Shown here: one piece after another, positions 63,179 to 64,000 of the stretch
Position numbering within the stretch: position 1 is the stretch's first letter
Layout: each line of letters begins with the position of its first letter
Assembly (NCBI GenBank): GCA_965228475.1
Contig: OZ245817.1
Span: 1,568,001-1,632,000, forward strand
Direction of reading: 5' to 3'
Source of the DNA: Myxococcota bacterium
GTDB lineage: Bacteria > Myxococcota_A > UBA9160 > JAFDDA01
DNA: 64,000 nt
Notes under the pieces: generated by a model
Database searches by the model: none
Told to the model about the DNA's origin: nothing
What the model saw: only the letters and a program-made list of their open reading frames with translations
Position numbers and translations under genes: made by a program

Positions 63179-63604
63179 GTGGCCAAGAAAGTCGTTGCAG
63201 TCGTGAAGCTCCAGTGCCCGGCCGGGCAGGCGAACCCGTCGCCGCCGGTGGGCCCGGCCCTGGGCCAGCACGGCGTGAACATCATGGAGTTCTGCAAGGC
63301 GTTCAACGCGCGGACGCAGGACAAGCCGGGTCTGATCATCCCGTCGATCATCACGATCTACGCGGACCGGACCTTCACCTTCGAGCTGAAGACGCCGCCG
63401 GCGGCGATCCTGCTCAAGAAGGCGGCGAAGCTCGAGAAGGGCTCGGGCGAGCCGAACCGCAACAAGGTCGGCAAGGTGACCAAGGCCCAGGTGAAGGAAA
63501 TCGCCGAGCTGAAGGCCCCCGACCTCAACGCGAACGACATCGACATGGCGATGCGCATCATCGAGGGCACGGCCCGTTCGATGGGCATCGAGGTGGAGGG
63601 TTAG
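63179..63604 (+). CDS. rplK: 50S ribosomal protein L11
   Basis: [26 protein letters not shown]. Confidence 0.98.
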   Translation: MAKKVVAVVKLQCPAGQANPSPPVGPALGQHGVNIMEFCKAFNARTQDKPGLIIPSIITIYADRTFTFELKTPPAAILLKKAAKLEKGSGEPNRNKVGKVTKAQVKEIAELKAPDLNANDIDMAMRIIEGTARSMGIEVEG

Positions 63605-63606
63605 GC

Positions 63607-64000
63607 GTGGGCAAGCTCGCCAAGCGATACCGCGCGGCTCTCGAGGCCATCGACAAGGAGCGCCACTATCCGCTCTCCGATGCGGTGGGTCTCGTGAAGG
63701 ACCACGGCGCGACCAAGTTCGACGAGAGCGTGGACCTCGCGATCAATCTCGGCGTCGACCCGAAGCATGCCGACCAGATGGTGCGCGGCGCGCTCGTGCT
63801 GCCCCACGGCACCGGCGGCGACACCCGCATCCTGGTCTTCGCCAAGGGCGACAAGGAGAACGAGGCGCGCGAAGCCGGTGCGGACCACGTCGGCGGCGAG
63901 GACCTCGCCAAGAAGATCACGGACGAGGGCTGGCTCGAGTTCGACCGCGTGATCGCGACGCCGGACATGATGGCCGTCGTCGGCCGCCTCGGGAAGGTGC
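63607..64000 (+). CDS. rplA: 50S ribosomal protein L1, truncated at window end
   Basis: GTG 63607; [42 protein letters not shown]. Confidence 0.97.
   Translation, partial: MGKLAKRYRAALEAIDKERHYPLSDAVGLVKDHGATKFDESVDLAINLGVDPKHADQMVRGALVLPHGTGGDTRILVFAKGDKENEAREAGADHVGGEDLAKKITDEGWLEFDRVIATPDMMAVVGRLGKV

Overview
High-GC (roughly 70% by eye) bacterial chromosome segment. Gene content and order (PilZ and DUF4388 proteins, HemY plus Cys-insert HemH, tRNA-tuf-secE-nusG-rplK-rplA) suggest a Myxococcota/Deltaproteobacteria-like lineage; this is inference. Left part (1-20.7 kb): housekeeping genes, namely a DUF482 GNAT protein, clpS-clpA, MATE, ispH, a paired acyl-CoA dehydrogenase, hemE/hemY/hemH, pcs, an unusual nuoB-lpdA-E2-lipB-nuoI-nuoC-nuoD cluster, and crcB. 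Centre (20.8-49.5 kb): the standout locus. A MalT-like NTPase/HEAT/wHTH-BTAD regulator is followed by an 11-bp-period direct repeat and a coupled run of four genes: a 75-aa protein, a 3925-aa putative lipoprotein (Ig-like, propeller-like, RHS/YD cage, basic C-terminal domain, no downstream immunity gene), a 3975-aa exported Ig/carboxypeptidase-regulatory-like repeat protein with exact 108-aa C-terminal repeats, and an exported glycine-rich protein. Right part: tRNA-Cys, VOC/MFS/TetR, trkH, GH15, hsp20, GT2, tRNA-Leu, PilZ, DUF4388, rlmB and the tRNA-tuf-secE-nusG-rplK-rplA cluster. Many genes look leaderless. No CRISPR array, integrase or transposase was seen. All family assignments come from visual motif recognition, not database searches.
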